Shown piece by piece: positions 26,956-36,547 of a stretch of DNA of 53,660 bases. Source of the DNA: Eubacteriales bacterium (lineage in GTDB: Bacteria; Bacillota; Clostridia; Oscillospirales; CAG-272); contig JAZLBM010000110.1 in assembly GCA_045613705.1 (NCBI GenBank), forward strand, positions 1 through 53,660. The letters are read 5' to 3'. The notes under the pieces were generated by a model. The model worked only from the letters and a program-made list of their open reading frames with translations. It did not search any database and was not told the DNA's origin. Both the position numbers and the translations under genes were made by a program. Numbering within the stretch: position 1 is the stretch's first letter; each line of letters starts with the position of its first letter.

Positions 26956-28683
26956 ATGGGGCTGTTTTCCATTTCGCAATCCCTGGGATTTGCCGGGAAA
27001 ATTTTTGACACAAGGGTAACGACTGAACCCATTATAGAGTTTCCCTCGCTCAAGCCGCACGCTTCCTTTAAGAATCGAAACGATCTTCCGCGATGCGCGC
27101 CGGAGCAAGAAGGAATCCCTTCCGCCGTTATTCAAAGCTTCCTGCAAGCACTCGCAGAGGATCGAACGCTGAATATGCACGGCGTGACCATCGCCAGGAA
27201 CGGAAAGATTATCTGCGAGGCGTCCTTCGGTGCGCATCGCCTTGACATATGGCAATACACCTTTTCCGCGTGCAAAAGCATTACCGCTTTGGCCATCGGA
27301 ATTCTCGCAGATGACGGCATAATCAGCCTGAACGATCGCGTTGTGGACCTTTTTCCCAAAGAAGCCGGCGCTATGGGAAGGATCAAATTCAAGGATCTTA
27401 CCATAGAGGATCTGCTCACCATGCGAAGCGGTGTCTTCTTCACGGAATTGGACTCGCTCGCCTCGGAAAACTGGCTGGAAGGCTTTTTTGACGCCCCTCT
27501 CAAGGGAGAAGTTGGAAAAACGTTCCGCTACAATAGCATGAACACGTACGTGCTCTCGGCGATCGTTGCCGCCAAGGCGGGGAAGTCACTTTCCGCATTT
27601 CTTAGCGAGCGGTTGTTCCGCCCACTCGGCATCAAGGATGATGACTGGTACTGGGAGCCTTGTCCCAAGGGCATTGAAAAAGGCGGCTGGGGCTTGTTCA
27701 TTCGTCCGGATGACTTTGTAAAGATCGCTCAGCTCGTTATGCAAAAGGGCGTATGGAACGGAACCCGTCTGATTTCAGAAGAATACGTTACGGCTGCAAA
27801 ATTTGCTCATGTGGACGTTACAGCGGAAAGCGAGTTGTTTGATTACGGATATCAGATCTGGGTAGGAAAGAACACCAACACCTTTTTGTTCAACGGTTTG
27901 TTTGGTCAAAACGTGCTTGGATTCCGCCGAAACGGCATTATTGTTGTCTCCAGCGCCGGAAACTGCGAACTGTTTCAGCAAAGCAACTTTTTCAAATACG
28001 TTCTTGCTCATTTCGATAAGGACTTCGCCAAAGAGTTGCCTCCCGACAGAAAAAATGCAAAAGCACTCGATCGCTATATCGCGTCTCGTTCTTTGTATTC
28101 GGGAAAAGCATTCGCGATGTCGCAAAGAAGGCAATGGGTGACCGGTCATCAATTTGTTTATAGCGAGGGGCACGAAAAGGCGGTTGGAATCCTTCCCTTG
28201 ATACTCCAAGCGGTGGAGAACCGATACACGTCGGGCTTTTCCGGCCTTGCGTTTTCCGTTCAAGACGACGCGTTGCATATGAGATATCAAGAAAAGGAGA
28301 CCGAGATCGATATTCGTCTTGGTACAGCCTCTCCCGCCGTCCAAACGATACAGATCGGAGAAATTCCTTTCACGGTTTCTGCATCGGCAAAATTCACATA
28401 TGACGAGGACGATAGGAAAGTGGTCATAATACGGATCGATTTTCTGGAATATCCGTCCTCTCGCGTGATCAAGCTGGTATTCTTGGATAGCGAAACTGTT
28501 TTAATGAAAAATGAAGAGCATCCGGGTGACGCGCTTGCCAAAGATGCGGTAGGACTCATTCTTGGTGAAATGCGCGATGCACCTCTGGTTACAGGTGTTA
28601 TGGATAAGATTGGAACCGACTATTTTATGTACAAAGCCGAGCAGGTCTTGTCTCCCAAGCTTATCCTCAAAAAGCTTCAATAA
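26956..28683 (+). CDS. serine hydrolase, beta-lactamase/transpeptidase-like fold
   Basis: 575 aa. SxxK motif (SACK in FSACKSITALAIG). Class C beta-lactamase-like N-terminal half with an extra ~200-aa C-terminal domain. Confidence 0.8.
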   Translation: MGLFSISQSLGFAGKIFDTRVTTEPIIEFPSLKPHASFKNRNDLPRCAPEQEGIPSAVIQSFLQALAEDRTLNMHGVTIARNGKIICEASFGAHRLDIWQYTFSACKSITALAIGILADDGIISLNDRVVDLFPKEAGAMGRIKFKDLTIEDLLTMRSGVFFTELDSLASENWLEGFFDAPLKGEVGKTFRYNSMNTYVLSAIVAAKAGKSLSAFLSERLFRPLGIKDDDWYWEPCPKGIEKGGWGLFIRPDDFVKIAQLVMQKGVWNGTRLISEEYVTAAKFAHVDVTAESELFDYGYQIWVGKNTNTFLFNGLFGQNVLGFRRNGIIVVSSAGNCELFQQSNFFKYVLAHFDKDFAKELPPDRKNAKALDRYIASRSLYSGKAFAMSQRRQWVTGHQFVYSEGHEKAVGILPLILQAVENRYTSGFSGLAFSVQDDALHMRYQEKETEIDIRLGTASPAVQTIQIGEIPFTVSASAKFTYDEDDRKVVIIRIDFLEYPSSRVIKLVFLDSETVLMKNEEHPGDALAKDAVGLILGEMRDAPLVTGVMDKIGTDYFMYKAEQVLSPKLILKKLQ

Positions 28684-28716
28684 AAAAGAACAGATGCATA
28701 GCATCTGTTCTTTTTT
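28682..28716. terminator. bidirectional terminator
   Basis: AAAAAAGAACAGATGC-ATA-GCATCTGTTCTTTTTT lies between convergent genes. Confidence 0.8.
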
Positions 28717-28717
28717 G

Positions 28718-28969
28718 TTACTGCTCAACGCAAGACTTAAGAGCCTGTGCAAGCTGATCGGGGCAAGAGGTGGACTTCATTCCACAACGGATGCCCTCGA
28801 GTCTGGCAATCGCTTCCTCGACCTTCATTCCTTTTACCAGTGCGCTGACGCCCTGTGTATTTCCCGAGCATCCGCCGATAAACTTTACCTCTACTACGGT
28901 GTTATCAGCGACCTCAAGTTCGATCTGGCGTGCACAAACGCCCTTGGTTGCATAAGTAAACTTAGCCAT
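28718..28969 (-). CDS. TSCPD domain-containing small protein (TIGR03905-like)
   Basis: 83 aa. GGCSGNTQG and MKSTSCPDQLAQAL motifs. AGGAGAA RBS. Confidence 0.85.
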   Translation of the reverse strand: MAKFTYATKGVCARQIELEVADNTVVEVKFIGGCSGNTQGVSALVKGMKVEEAIARLEGIRCGMKSTSCPDQLAQALKSCVEQ

Positions 28970-28981
28970 GTTTATTCTCCT

Positions 28982-29863
28982 TTACATTTGAATATAAAAT
29001 CCTAATATATTGACATCTTCACAGAACAAATGAAGATACATCAAAAACGTGTATACGCTTGATTTGGAAAACGAAAGCCGTATGGTGTCCACGCTGGCAT
29101 TTTCTCGGTAGGAAAGCGGTAGCATAGATAATTGAGTCAAGGCTCCACCTGCTTTTCCTGCGACGCCCAGCAATTCATTTCGTCTTTGCACATCCGAGAT
29201 AACGAGCGAAAACTCTATGCAGCGCAGGAAGTCGCCATCAAAAGCGCACAGATTTTTCGCAACCAACGCCAATCTTGTAACCACGTCGGTTTCCGTATCT
29301 TCCACGTCGCAGACAGCACAGATCCTGAGCTCGTTTCGGTCAAGCATTTTGTAAAACGCCGCAAGCCTTCCGTCCGTTGTATTTTCCAGCGGCACGATAC
29401 CGAAAGCACCGGTGCCGTTCGCCACAAAGTCACACACCTCCGAAAAGCTCTCTACATCGATCCTTCCGACGGATGAAAAAAGACTCGAAAATCTTTCATA
29501 TGCCGCAGAGGACATAGAATGCACGCCCCAAAGGACGATCTGTGCCGATTGTACGCCGGCTATGACTGAGTCAAGAGCGGCAGGAATCGACGGATAACGT
29601 TCCGCAAGCACCCGACAAAGCATCGCTTTTTCGTCCAGGGAAGGAGACTCGCTTTCGGAAACGGAAATCAAACGCTTGTATCCGCCAAGAACACTTTTGG
29701 ATGCGCGATCAAAACTCATTTCCGCAGAGATCAATGACGAGAAATACATTCTCAAGTACAGATCTTTTTCTTCAGAAAGCGCCGCCTCATCCCGTTGCAG
29801 CTTGCGCAGATTTTCCGTATAACACTCTGTCGTGCTTCGTTTTTCCTTATTTTGTTTCGTCAT
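28982..29863 (-). CDS. hypothetical protein with divergent prephenate-dehydratase-like and ACT-like regions (tentative)
   Basis: 293 aa. FGIVPLENTTDGRL resembles the GxVPxENSxxG motif of PDT domains, and the C-terminus is ACT-like. The ATG overlaps the htpG stop (ATGA). Coding status is solid; the family call is weak. Confidence 0.45.
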   Translation of the reverse strand: MTKQNKEKRSTTECYTENLRKLQRDEAALSEEKDLYLRMYFSSLISAEMSFDRASKSVLGGYKRLISVSESESPSLDEKAMLCRVLAERYPSIPAALDSVIAGVQSAQIVLWGVHSMSSAAYERFSSLFSSVGRIDVESFSEVCDFVANGTGAFGIVPLENTTDGRLAAFYKMLDRNELRICAVCDVEDTETDVVTRLALVAKNLCAFDGDFLRCIEFSLVISDVQRRNELLGVAGKAGGALTQLSMLPLSYRENASVDTIRLSFSKSSVYTFLMYLHLFCEDVNILGFYIQM

Positions 29864-31686
29864 AACCGTTCCAAAATAGAGAAGCTCTCGTCAAGGAAAT
29901 CGTTCATTTCCTCGGCTGACAAATGTCTTTGAGAGAGGAGCGCCAGCTTATAAATGTGGGTAGCAATTTGACCGGCGCGATCGTAATCTTCTGTTATCAA
30001 GGATTTCAATTTAGAGATCAAATCCGAGGCGACGTTGATTACCAGCGTTTCATCACGCCCCATACTCAAAGGCGCGCCTTCGCCGGCGGCATACATCTTC
30101 ATCATCTCCTCAAATCGACGGGATTCCTCGGATACGGTAAGAATGGCCGGTGTCTTGGAGGATTTCAAATTCTCAATACGCGTTTTGAGCTCGGAATTTC
30201 CGGATGCTTTCACAAACAAATCGATCAGAAGAGAGCAATCCTCTCCGTCAGTCTCACCCTTGAGAGCCTCGGCGATATCGGCATCCACGCGAACGAATCT
30301 GAGATTTTCCTCATTTTGCTCGATAAGGGACAGGAACTGCACCTCAAACGGTTTATCGAAACAGGCAACCTTGACGCCTTGCTCGGAAAGAAGCGTGATA
30401 TACTGCGCCTGAAGTGCCTTATCGGATGTATAATACACCGTGTTTTCGTTGGTCTCCTTGGATGCCTCCAGGTATTCCTTCACTGTCACGTAGGAACTGT
30501 CGGTCAGCTTCATCAAAATAGCATCTTTGACTCTGTCATAGAACTTTTTATCGCGCATACACGCATACTCGACAAAGATCTTAATGCTTTCCCATACCTT
30601 TTCATACGTATCACGCTCTGTATTATATAGCGCATTCAGCTTATCTGCTACTTTTTTCACGATGTGCGCGGATACACGGGAAACGTAGGTGTTTGTCTGA
30701 AGATAACTTCTGGAAACGTTCAGAGGCAATTCAGGACAGTCAAGAACGCCCTTCAGCATGATCATATAGTCGGGAATGACCTCTTTAATATTGTCAGAAA
30801 CAAAAACCTGATTGTAGTAAAGCTTAACCTGTCCCTCAATGGATTCATACTCCGTATTAATGGCAGGGAAGAAGAGAATGCCCTTGAAATTGAGAGGATA
30901 GTCCGCGTTTATGTGAATATAAAACAGAGGATCTCTGAAATCGCGGAAGACCTTCTTGTAGAATTCGTTATAATCCTCGGGCTTGCACTCGGAAGCGGGA
31001 CGAAGCCATAAGGGAACCGTTTCGTTCACGGGAGTCTCTTCATTGTCTGCACCGACCTCAGAAAAATAGATTTCGATGGGCATAAAGGAACAGTATTTAT
31101 CCAGCATTCCGCGAAGCTTGTTCGCGTCCAGATACTCCTCTTCGGCGGACGAAACGTGCATAATAACGGTTGTTCCACGATCGGATTTGTCGGACGCTTC
31201 CATTTCATACTCTCCGGCATCAGAGCAAATCCAATGCACGGCGGGAGCATCGGTATAGGACTTGGTAAGCACTTCCACCGAATCGCTGACCATAAAAGAA
31301 GAATAGAATCCAAGGCCAAAATGACCGATAATGCCGTCAGAGGCACCGTCGTTACCTTCGTATTTCTGAATAAAATCAAGCGCGCCGGACAAAGCGATCT
31401 GGCAGATATACTTGGAAAGCTCCTCCTCGCTCATACCGATACCGTTATCCTTGACCGTGATGGTCTTCTCATCTTTATCGACGATCACGTCGATACGGTA
31501 GGTGTCTTCGGTGGCAGGAATCTCGCCCAATGACTGAAGACGCTTCATCTTTGTAATGGCATCTGCGGCATTGGATACGATTTCACGGAGGAAAATATCC
31601 TTTTCCGAGTAGAGCCATTTTTTGATCACGGGGAATATGTGCTGTGTTTCAACCGAAATTCCGCCTTTTTTCATTCTTTCATCCAT
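29860..31686 (-). CDS. htpG: molecular chaperone HtpG (Hsp90)
   Basis: 608 aa. GHKL ATPase motifs DIFLREIVSNAADA and DNGIGM, and full-length Hsp90 architecture. Confidence 0.95.
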   Translation of the reverse strand: MDERMKKGGISVETQHIFPVIKKWLYSEKDIFLREIVSNAADAITKMKRLQSLGEIPATEDTYRIDVIVDKDEKTITVKDNGIGMSEEELSKYICQIALSGALDFIQKYEGNDGASDGIIGHFGLGFYSSFMVSDSVEVLTKSYTDAPAVHWICSDAGEYEMEASDKSDRGTTVIMHVSSAEEEYLDANKLRGMLDKYCSFMPIEIYFSEVGADNEETPVNETVPLWLRPASECKPEDYNEFYKKVFRDFRDPLFYIHINADYPLNFKGILFFPAINTEYESIEGQVKLYYNQVFVSDNIKEVIPDYMIMLKGVLDCPELPLNVSRSYLQTNTYVSRVSAHIVKKVADKLNALYNTERDTYEKVWESIKIFVEYACMRDKKFYDRVKDAILMKLTDSSYVTVKEYLEASKETNENTVYYTSDKALQAQYITLLSEQGVKVACFDKPFEVQFLSLIEQNEENLRFVRVDADIAEALKGETDGEDCSLLIDLFVKASGNSELKTRIENLKSSKTPAILTVSEESRRFEEMMKMYAAGEGAPLSMGRDETLVINVASDLISKLKSLITEDYDRAGQIATHIYKLALLSQRHLSAEEMNDFLDESFSILERL

Positions 31687-31766
31687 GATTCATTTTCCTT
31701 TTCATAAATAGAAGGTCTGCATATGCCCGACCCAAATGGGTCGGGCACAACAAACCATAAATGTTA

Positions 31767-33146
31767 TTATTCGTTGTCTTCAGAAGTATTCTTGGTGTCT
31801 TCGTCCTCAACGGTCGCATTTTCTTCGGGCGCTGCCCCCTTGCGGCGTCTCAGCTTTTGCGAAATGATATTTTTTTCTTTGCGGATCAATCTTTCGCCAA
31901 AATGGAATACTTTTGCCGACAAATGCTCGGGCTCCTTTTTCGGTTCCACCAACGCCTCCGAGCTATAATAATTGGAGAGCTCTGCGGGAAGCTCCTTCGT
32001 TTCCAGACGGCGACTGATAGCATTTTTGATAGAATTGCAAATCATTGCAAAAATCGGTACGCCGAGGAACATACCCAGAATGCCGAGGTAGCCACTCATG
32101 ATGGTAACGGCAACCAGGACGCCGAGAGAAGAAAGGCCAGTTCTGTCTCCTACGATCTTGGGTTCGATAACGTTAGCATCAAATTGCTGAACCACAAGAA
32201 GAAGGATAATGAAGGGGATCAGCTTGTCCGGCTCAGCAATAAAGATAATGAAACCGGAGGGTATCGCACCAATAAAGGGACCGAAGAAGGGGATAATGTT
32301 ACAAATACCGATGAACACCGCAACAAGAATGGAGTAGGGAATTCGAGCGATGCTAAATGCGATCGCACAAAGCACGATAACCGACGTAGCGTCAATCAAT
32401 TTACCTACGATGAAGCCGCCGAAGGTTTTATCTGCATAGCGGAACCACTCCTTGATTGCCTCGGCGCGTTTCTTGGGGAAAACAGCCGCAAGCATTCTGG
32501 TGGACTGTGCATACAAGCGATCCTTGGAAATGACAAAGTAAATAGAGAGCAGGAAACCAATGACAACGTTTTTCAGACCGTTCAGAATGTTTCCTCCGTA
32601 GGAAAGCGCCCAGTTGGCAATATTCTGAAGCAGATCTCCCGTGCTCTCGAAGAATCCGCTGAGCACCTGGGTAATCTTTTCCATGCTGACAAACTCAAAG
32701 GCCTCTTCGCCGCCAAAGGAAAGTACGTTATTCAAGAATTCGTTGATCGAATTGATCAAGGAGTTCAAATAGGTACCGTCACTGATCTTCTTTACCAGTT
32801 CTTCAAAGCTGGACAGCAGCTGGGGAATAATCAAAATGATAAAGACGGAGATGATAACAACAATCGAAACGTAGGCGCACAGGATAGAAAGCGTGCGACG
32901 CCAACGATTGCTTGCTACTTTTTTGAATACCCGTTTTTGGAAAAGGCGCACCAAGGAGTTGCTGATGTATGCAACGATTGCACCGATCAGAATGGGAGAA
33001 AGAACGGCAACCTTGTCGTTCAACCACTCATAGAATACGGCAAACCGGTCAAAGTTCGTAATAATGACGACCAGCAAAATAAGCACCGCATACGCGATGG
33101 AGCATATTGTAAATATTTTCTTTTTTCTATCGTCAAAACCAAACAT
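31767..33146 (-). CDS. AI-2E family transporter (PerM/YhhT-like)
   Basis: 459 aa, polytopic, with an IPFFGPFIGAIP motif. The hydrophilic C-terminal tail is about 70 aa. Confidence 0.85.
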   Translation of the reverse strand: MFGFDDRKKKIFTICSIAYAVLILLVVIITNFDRFAVFYEWLNDKVAVLSPILIGAIVAYISNSLVRLFQKRVFKKVASNRWRRTLSILCAYVSIVVIISVFIILIIPQLLSSFEELVKKISDGTYLNSLINSINEFLNNVLSFGGEEAFEFVSMEKITQVLSGFFESTGDLLQNIANWALSYGGNILNGLKNVVIGFLLSIYFVISKDRLYAQSTRMLAAVFPKKRAEAIKEWFRYADKTFGGFIVGKLIDATSVIVLCAIAFSIARIPYSILVAVFIGICNIIPFFGPFIGAIPSGFIIFIAEPDKLIPFIILLLVVQQFDANVIEPKIVGDRTGLSSLGVLVAVTIMSGYLGILGMFLGVPIFAMICNSIKNAISRRLETKELPAELSNYYSSEALVEPKKEPEHLSAKVFHFGERLIRKEKNIISQKLRRRKGAAPEENATVEDEDTKNTSEDNE

Positions 33147-33333
33147 TCGGTATCCTCAGTTGATAAAGGCTTCAACTTTTCCTTTCAAAGAATATAGTTA
33201 TACATTATTATTATATCCTTTTTTGTTCGGTAAGTCAATATCCATCTGCGTTTTCGAAAAAATATTTTGCATTTTTCTTTCTTTTCGGTTGATTTTATGA
33301 TACAATAAAGAAAATCAAGGAAGGTGAACACGA

Positions 33334-34215
33334 ATGATCGAACGCTTGGCATATGCAAAAATCAATCTGTTTCTTGACGTCGAAGGAATTCGCGACGACG
33401 GATATCATAATATTTTGAGCGTTATGCAAACGGTAAGCTGGGCCGACAAAATCACAATTCAGCAATGCGAAGAGCCCGGTATCCGTTTATTCTGCACAGA
33501 AAAGTCTATTCCCACCGACAACGCCAACACCGCTTATCGCGCGGCCGAGTTATTCTTGTCATATGCAGAAATCCCTATGGGCCTTCAGATCCATATCGAA
33601 AAGCACATTCCTTCCTCCGCAGGTCTCGCCGGAGGAAGCTCTGATGCCGCCGCCGTTCTTCTCGGCTTGAATAAAATGACGGGATCGCCATTCTCCTCAG
33701 AGCAATTATTGGAGCTCGGCGCCAAAATCGGCGCAGACGTTCCGTTTTGCATGGTTGGAGGTACACAAACAACTACCGGAATCGGAAACGTTATGGAGCC
33801 GTTCCCATCTATGCCCCGATGCTATCTCATATGCGCCAAAAAGGGGGATGGAGTTTCCACACCCGCGGCATATCGTGCCATCGATGAGCAGAATGACTTC
33901 TTCCGTGCACCGGACGTGCAATATAATAAGTTGAATTGTCTCCAGAATGGGTTTGCGCTCGGCGACTTGAGTTGTGTCAAAGACGGAATCTTCAACATTT
34001 TTGAAAAAAAGATTGAAAAGACGCACCCGGACGTCAGTCTCTTGAAAAAAGCTTTACTGGATTCGGGCGCAATCGCGGCAATGATGAGCGGAAGCGGACC
34101 TTCCGTATTTGGTATTTTCGCTGACGAAAAGAAGGCAGAACTGGCACGAGACACACTTCAAAATCTTGGCGCAACGTGCGCCGTATGTACACCTGTTGCA
34201 AGATTCGAGGGCTAA
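33334..34215 (+). CDS. ispE: 4-(cytidine 5'-diphospho)-2-C-methyl-D-erythritol kinase
   Basis: 293 aa. AKINLFL start and GHMP kinase motif PSSAGLAGGSSDAAA. Confidence 0.9.
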   Translation: MIERLAYAKINLFLDVEGIRDDGYHNILSVMQTVSWADKITIQQCEEPGIRLFCTEKSIPTDNANTAYRAAELFLSYAEIPMGLQIHIEKHIPSSAGLAGGSSDAAAVLLGLNKMTGSPFSSEQLLELGAKIGADVPFCMVGGTQTTTGIGNVMEPFPSMPRCYLICAKKGDGVSTPAAYRAIDEQNDFFRAPDVQYNKLNCLQNGFALGDLSCVKDGIFNIFEKKIEKTHPDVSLLKKALLDSGAIAAMMSGSGPSVFGIFADEKKAELARDTLQNLGATCAVCTPVARFEG

Positions 34216-34217
34216 AT

Positions 34218-35150
34218 ATGAGCATAATAACAGTTACGTTGAGCCCCGCCATTGACGTTCATTGTCATCTTCCGGAGCTTGTACCTGAGAAAGAACACCT
34301 TGCTATGGTTTCTTCGCGCGATTTCGGCGGCAAAGGCGTCAATATTTCTCGCGTTTTGACTGCAAACGGCGTAGAGAATACCGCGTTTGTTGTTATGGGT
34401 AAAGAAAGCGAAAGGGAATTCTCGGAAGGTCTTTCAAAAGAGGGAATCACCCATCGAGGTTTTCTTGTCGAAGGAAGAATCAGAGAAAACATAACCCTCC
34501 ATACAGATGACGGCAAAGAAACGAGAATCAGTTTCGCAAGTCCTGCCAAAATCAATGATGGCCTTTGGAGAAAAATCGAAAGCGACCTGCTCGCATCCGT
34601 CACCGAGGGCTCTGTTGTAACCATGACCGGGCGTGTGCCCGATGGGATTTCTATCGCCTCCGTCAAAGACACGCTTCTGCGTTTGAAGTCGCTTTCAATC
34701 AAAACCGTTATCGATTCCAAGTCCTTTTCCCTTGACGACTTAATTGCCTGCAAGCCTTGGCTTATCAAGCCTAACGAGGAAGAGATCGAGCAATATGTCG
34801 GCAAAAGAGTGACATCCCTCTCGGATGCAATAACAGCTGCAAAACGCCTGTATTCCGACGGCATCGACAACGTTATGATCAGTCTTGGCGCGCAAGGCGC
34901 AGTTTTAGTATGCGATAGCGGCTGCTATTGTGCCACGCCGCCGACAGTACAGGTAAAATCCACCGTGGGCGCCGGAGATAGCACGATTGCCGGATTTTTG
35001 ACAGGGATTGCAAGGGGAATGAGCCCCAATCAAGGTCTTGCATTTGCCGTATCTTGCGGAACTGCTTCGTGCATGACAGATGGAACCGCTGCGCCTCTTG
35101 AAGAAAATATTGCCACGATATTCGAGAAAACCACAATAAAGAGTATATAA
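34218..35150 (+). CDS. 1-phosphofructokinase-family hexose-phosphate kinase (PfkB family)
   Basis: 310 aa from ATG 34218, 2 nt after the ispE stop. PfkB signatures GGKGVN and GAGDSTIAGF. Confidence 0.85.
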   Translation: MSIITVTLSPAIDVHCHLPELVPEKEHLAMVSSRDFGGKGVNISRVLTANGVENTAFVVMGKESEREFSEGLSKEGITHRGFLVEGRIRENITLHTDDGKETRISFASPAKINDGLWRKIESDLLASVTEGSVVTMTGRVPDGISIASVKDTLLRLKSLSIKTVIDSKSFSLDDLIACKPWLIKPNEEEIEQYVGKRVTSLSDAITAAKRLYSDGIDNVMISLGAQGAVLVCDSGCYCATPPTVQVKSTVGAGDSTIAGFLTGIARGMSPNQGLAFAVSCGTASCMTDGTAAPLEENIATIFEKTTIKSI

Positions 35151-35178
35151 AAAACCGCACCTTTTCGGTGCGGTTTTA
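35149..35178. terminator. bidirectional terminator
   Basis: AAAAAACCGCACC-TTTT-CGGTGCGGTTTT lies between convergent genes. Confidence 0.8.
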
Positions 35179-35652
35179 CTATTTCAGTATATTCTTTACC
35201 GTTTGAACAACGGTTGCGTTTTGCACAGGATCTAAAATGGTATAAACCACACACAGTCCCACCGTAAAAACTTTTGCATTTTCAAACTTAGGATACTCGT
35301 TGGCGTTATAAACGATACCATTTTTGAATTGTTCTTTTCGTTTATCAAGATACGCACCAAGTCGTTCAACACAAGGCTTGACATCTTTCGCTTCTTCCAC
35401 AAGGAACACACCGAATTCACTGAAATTTGTGGAGTCGGCACACACCACGATGTGACTCTTACAAGCGTTTTGAAGAGAGGAAAACTCACGCTTCATCAAG
35501 TAATCGGTATTATCAACGTATCCGAATTCGGCGGGAACCGCAGATTGGATCGCCTTGGATAACGTTTCGGCCGAAATACTTTGCGCGTTGGCATAAGAAG
35601 CAGAGAAAAGCATCAAACTGACCGCAACGGCAAACAAACAGAGCTTCTTCAT
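35179..35652 (-). CDS. secreted DUF4358-like protein
   Basis: 157 aa. Signal peptide MKKLCLFAVAVSLMLFSASYANA. The ATG overlaps the stop of the upstream SGNH hydrolase gene (ATGA). The family name is from recollection. Confidence 0.7.
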   Translation of the reverse strand: MKKLCLFAVAVSLMLFSASYANAQSISAETLSKAIQSAVPAEFGYVDNTDYLMKREFSSLQNACKSHIVVCADSTNFSEFGVFLVEEAKDVKPCVERLGAYLDKRKEQFKNGIVYNANEYPKFENAKVFTVGLCVVYTILDPVQNATVVQTVKNILK

Positions 35653-36497
35653 GTCTCATGCTCCTCGGGATGCGCATGCGTACGAACATACTGCAAAACG
35701 GCTTGCAGACCTGCCTCGTTAAGGTGGATCCCGTCACCGCCGTTATCATAATCATAGAGAAGATAGCCGTTGGCGTCTGACAAGACCGACGCCGTATCCA
35801 AGTATTTGAGGCGATATTCTGTTGCCAGGTCCTTGAGCCAGGAATTGCACAACGCGATCCGCTCTGGTGTATACGCTGAAATTTTGCAGGCTTCGGCAAC
35901 GGGGAAGAGGGATTGCAGAATCACGTTCGTTTGTGCAGACGCACCTACAATCGTATTGAGGAGGATCCTGTAGCATTGCTTGAACTCATCCTCGGAATAA
36001 TAGGAAGCACCATTATTGAGCCCCAACGTAACGACCAAATATTCGGGTTGCTTTTTTCGAAGCGCATCGTATATCGTCTGCGCCGTACCGTCATCGGGAT
36101 AATAAAGTCGGGTTTGATTTATGGTTGGTGACAACGATAGCGTGCCGGCGCACCGAACGGAACCGTCCGTGCACGTAGCTCCTGTCCACACTTGAGTCGT
36201 TGCTTCACCGTCGGGGAGAAGACCGTAGCGCTGAAGACCATAGGTCGTAGATTCTCCAAAGAAGATGATTTTCCGAATATATTCATCGCCCGCGTCAACC
36301 GTTTCCGAAAGGACACACGAATCACTATTGCATTCGGCTGCTGTATCGGCAAGCCCATCTGCGCGGCTTAGATCAATCGCCTGTAGCTGTTTGCTCCCGC
36401 TGATTTTACCCAGGCAAAGAAACAACGGTAAAAGCGTAAGTGAAAGAAGGAGGATCGTAAAAACAGAAAGAATAAAGGAGTTCAGCTTCTTTTCCAT
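35649..36497 (-). CDS. SGNH/GDSL-family hydrolase with N-terminal membrane anchor
   Basis: 282 aa. N-terminal TM helix, block I FFGESTTYG (Ser nucleophile), block III GLNN, block V GGDGIHLN (DxxH). Confidence 0.8.
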   Translation of the reverse strand: MEKKLNSFILSVFTILLLSLTLLPLFLCLGKISGSKQLQAIDLSRADGLADTAAECNSDSCVLSETVDAGDEYIRKIIFFGESTTYGLQRYGLLPDGEATTQVWTGATCTDGSVRCAGTLSLSPTINQTRLYYPDDGTAQTIYDALRKKQPEYLVVTLGLNNGASYYSEDEFKQCYRILLNTIVGASAQTNVILQSLFPVAEACKISAYTPERIALCNSWLKDLATEYRLKYLDTASVLSDANGYLLYDYDNGGDGIHLNEAGLQAVLQYVRTHAHPEEHET

Positions 36498-36547
36498 ATT
36501 TCACCTTTTGTTTAAGATTAAATATGCAGGAAGCATATTCGCTATTA

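Noticed and set aside
31761-33197. 478-aa plus-strand ORF
   Set aside because: It is a codon-aligned antisense shadow of the AI-2E transporter gene. The translation is hydrophilic low-complexity sequence with no motifs.
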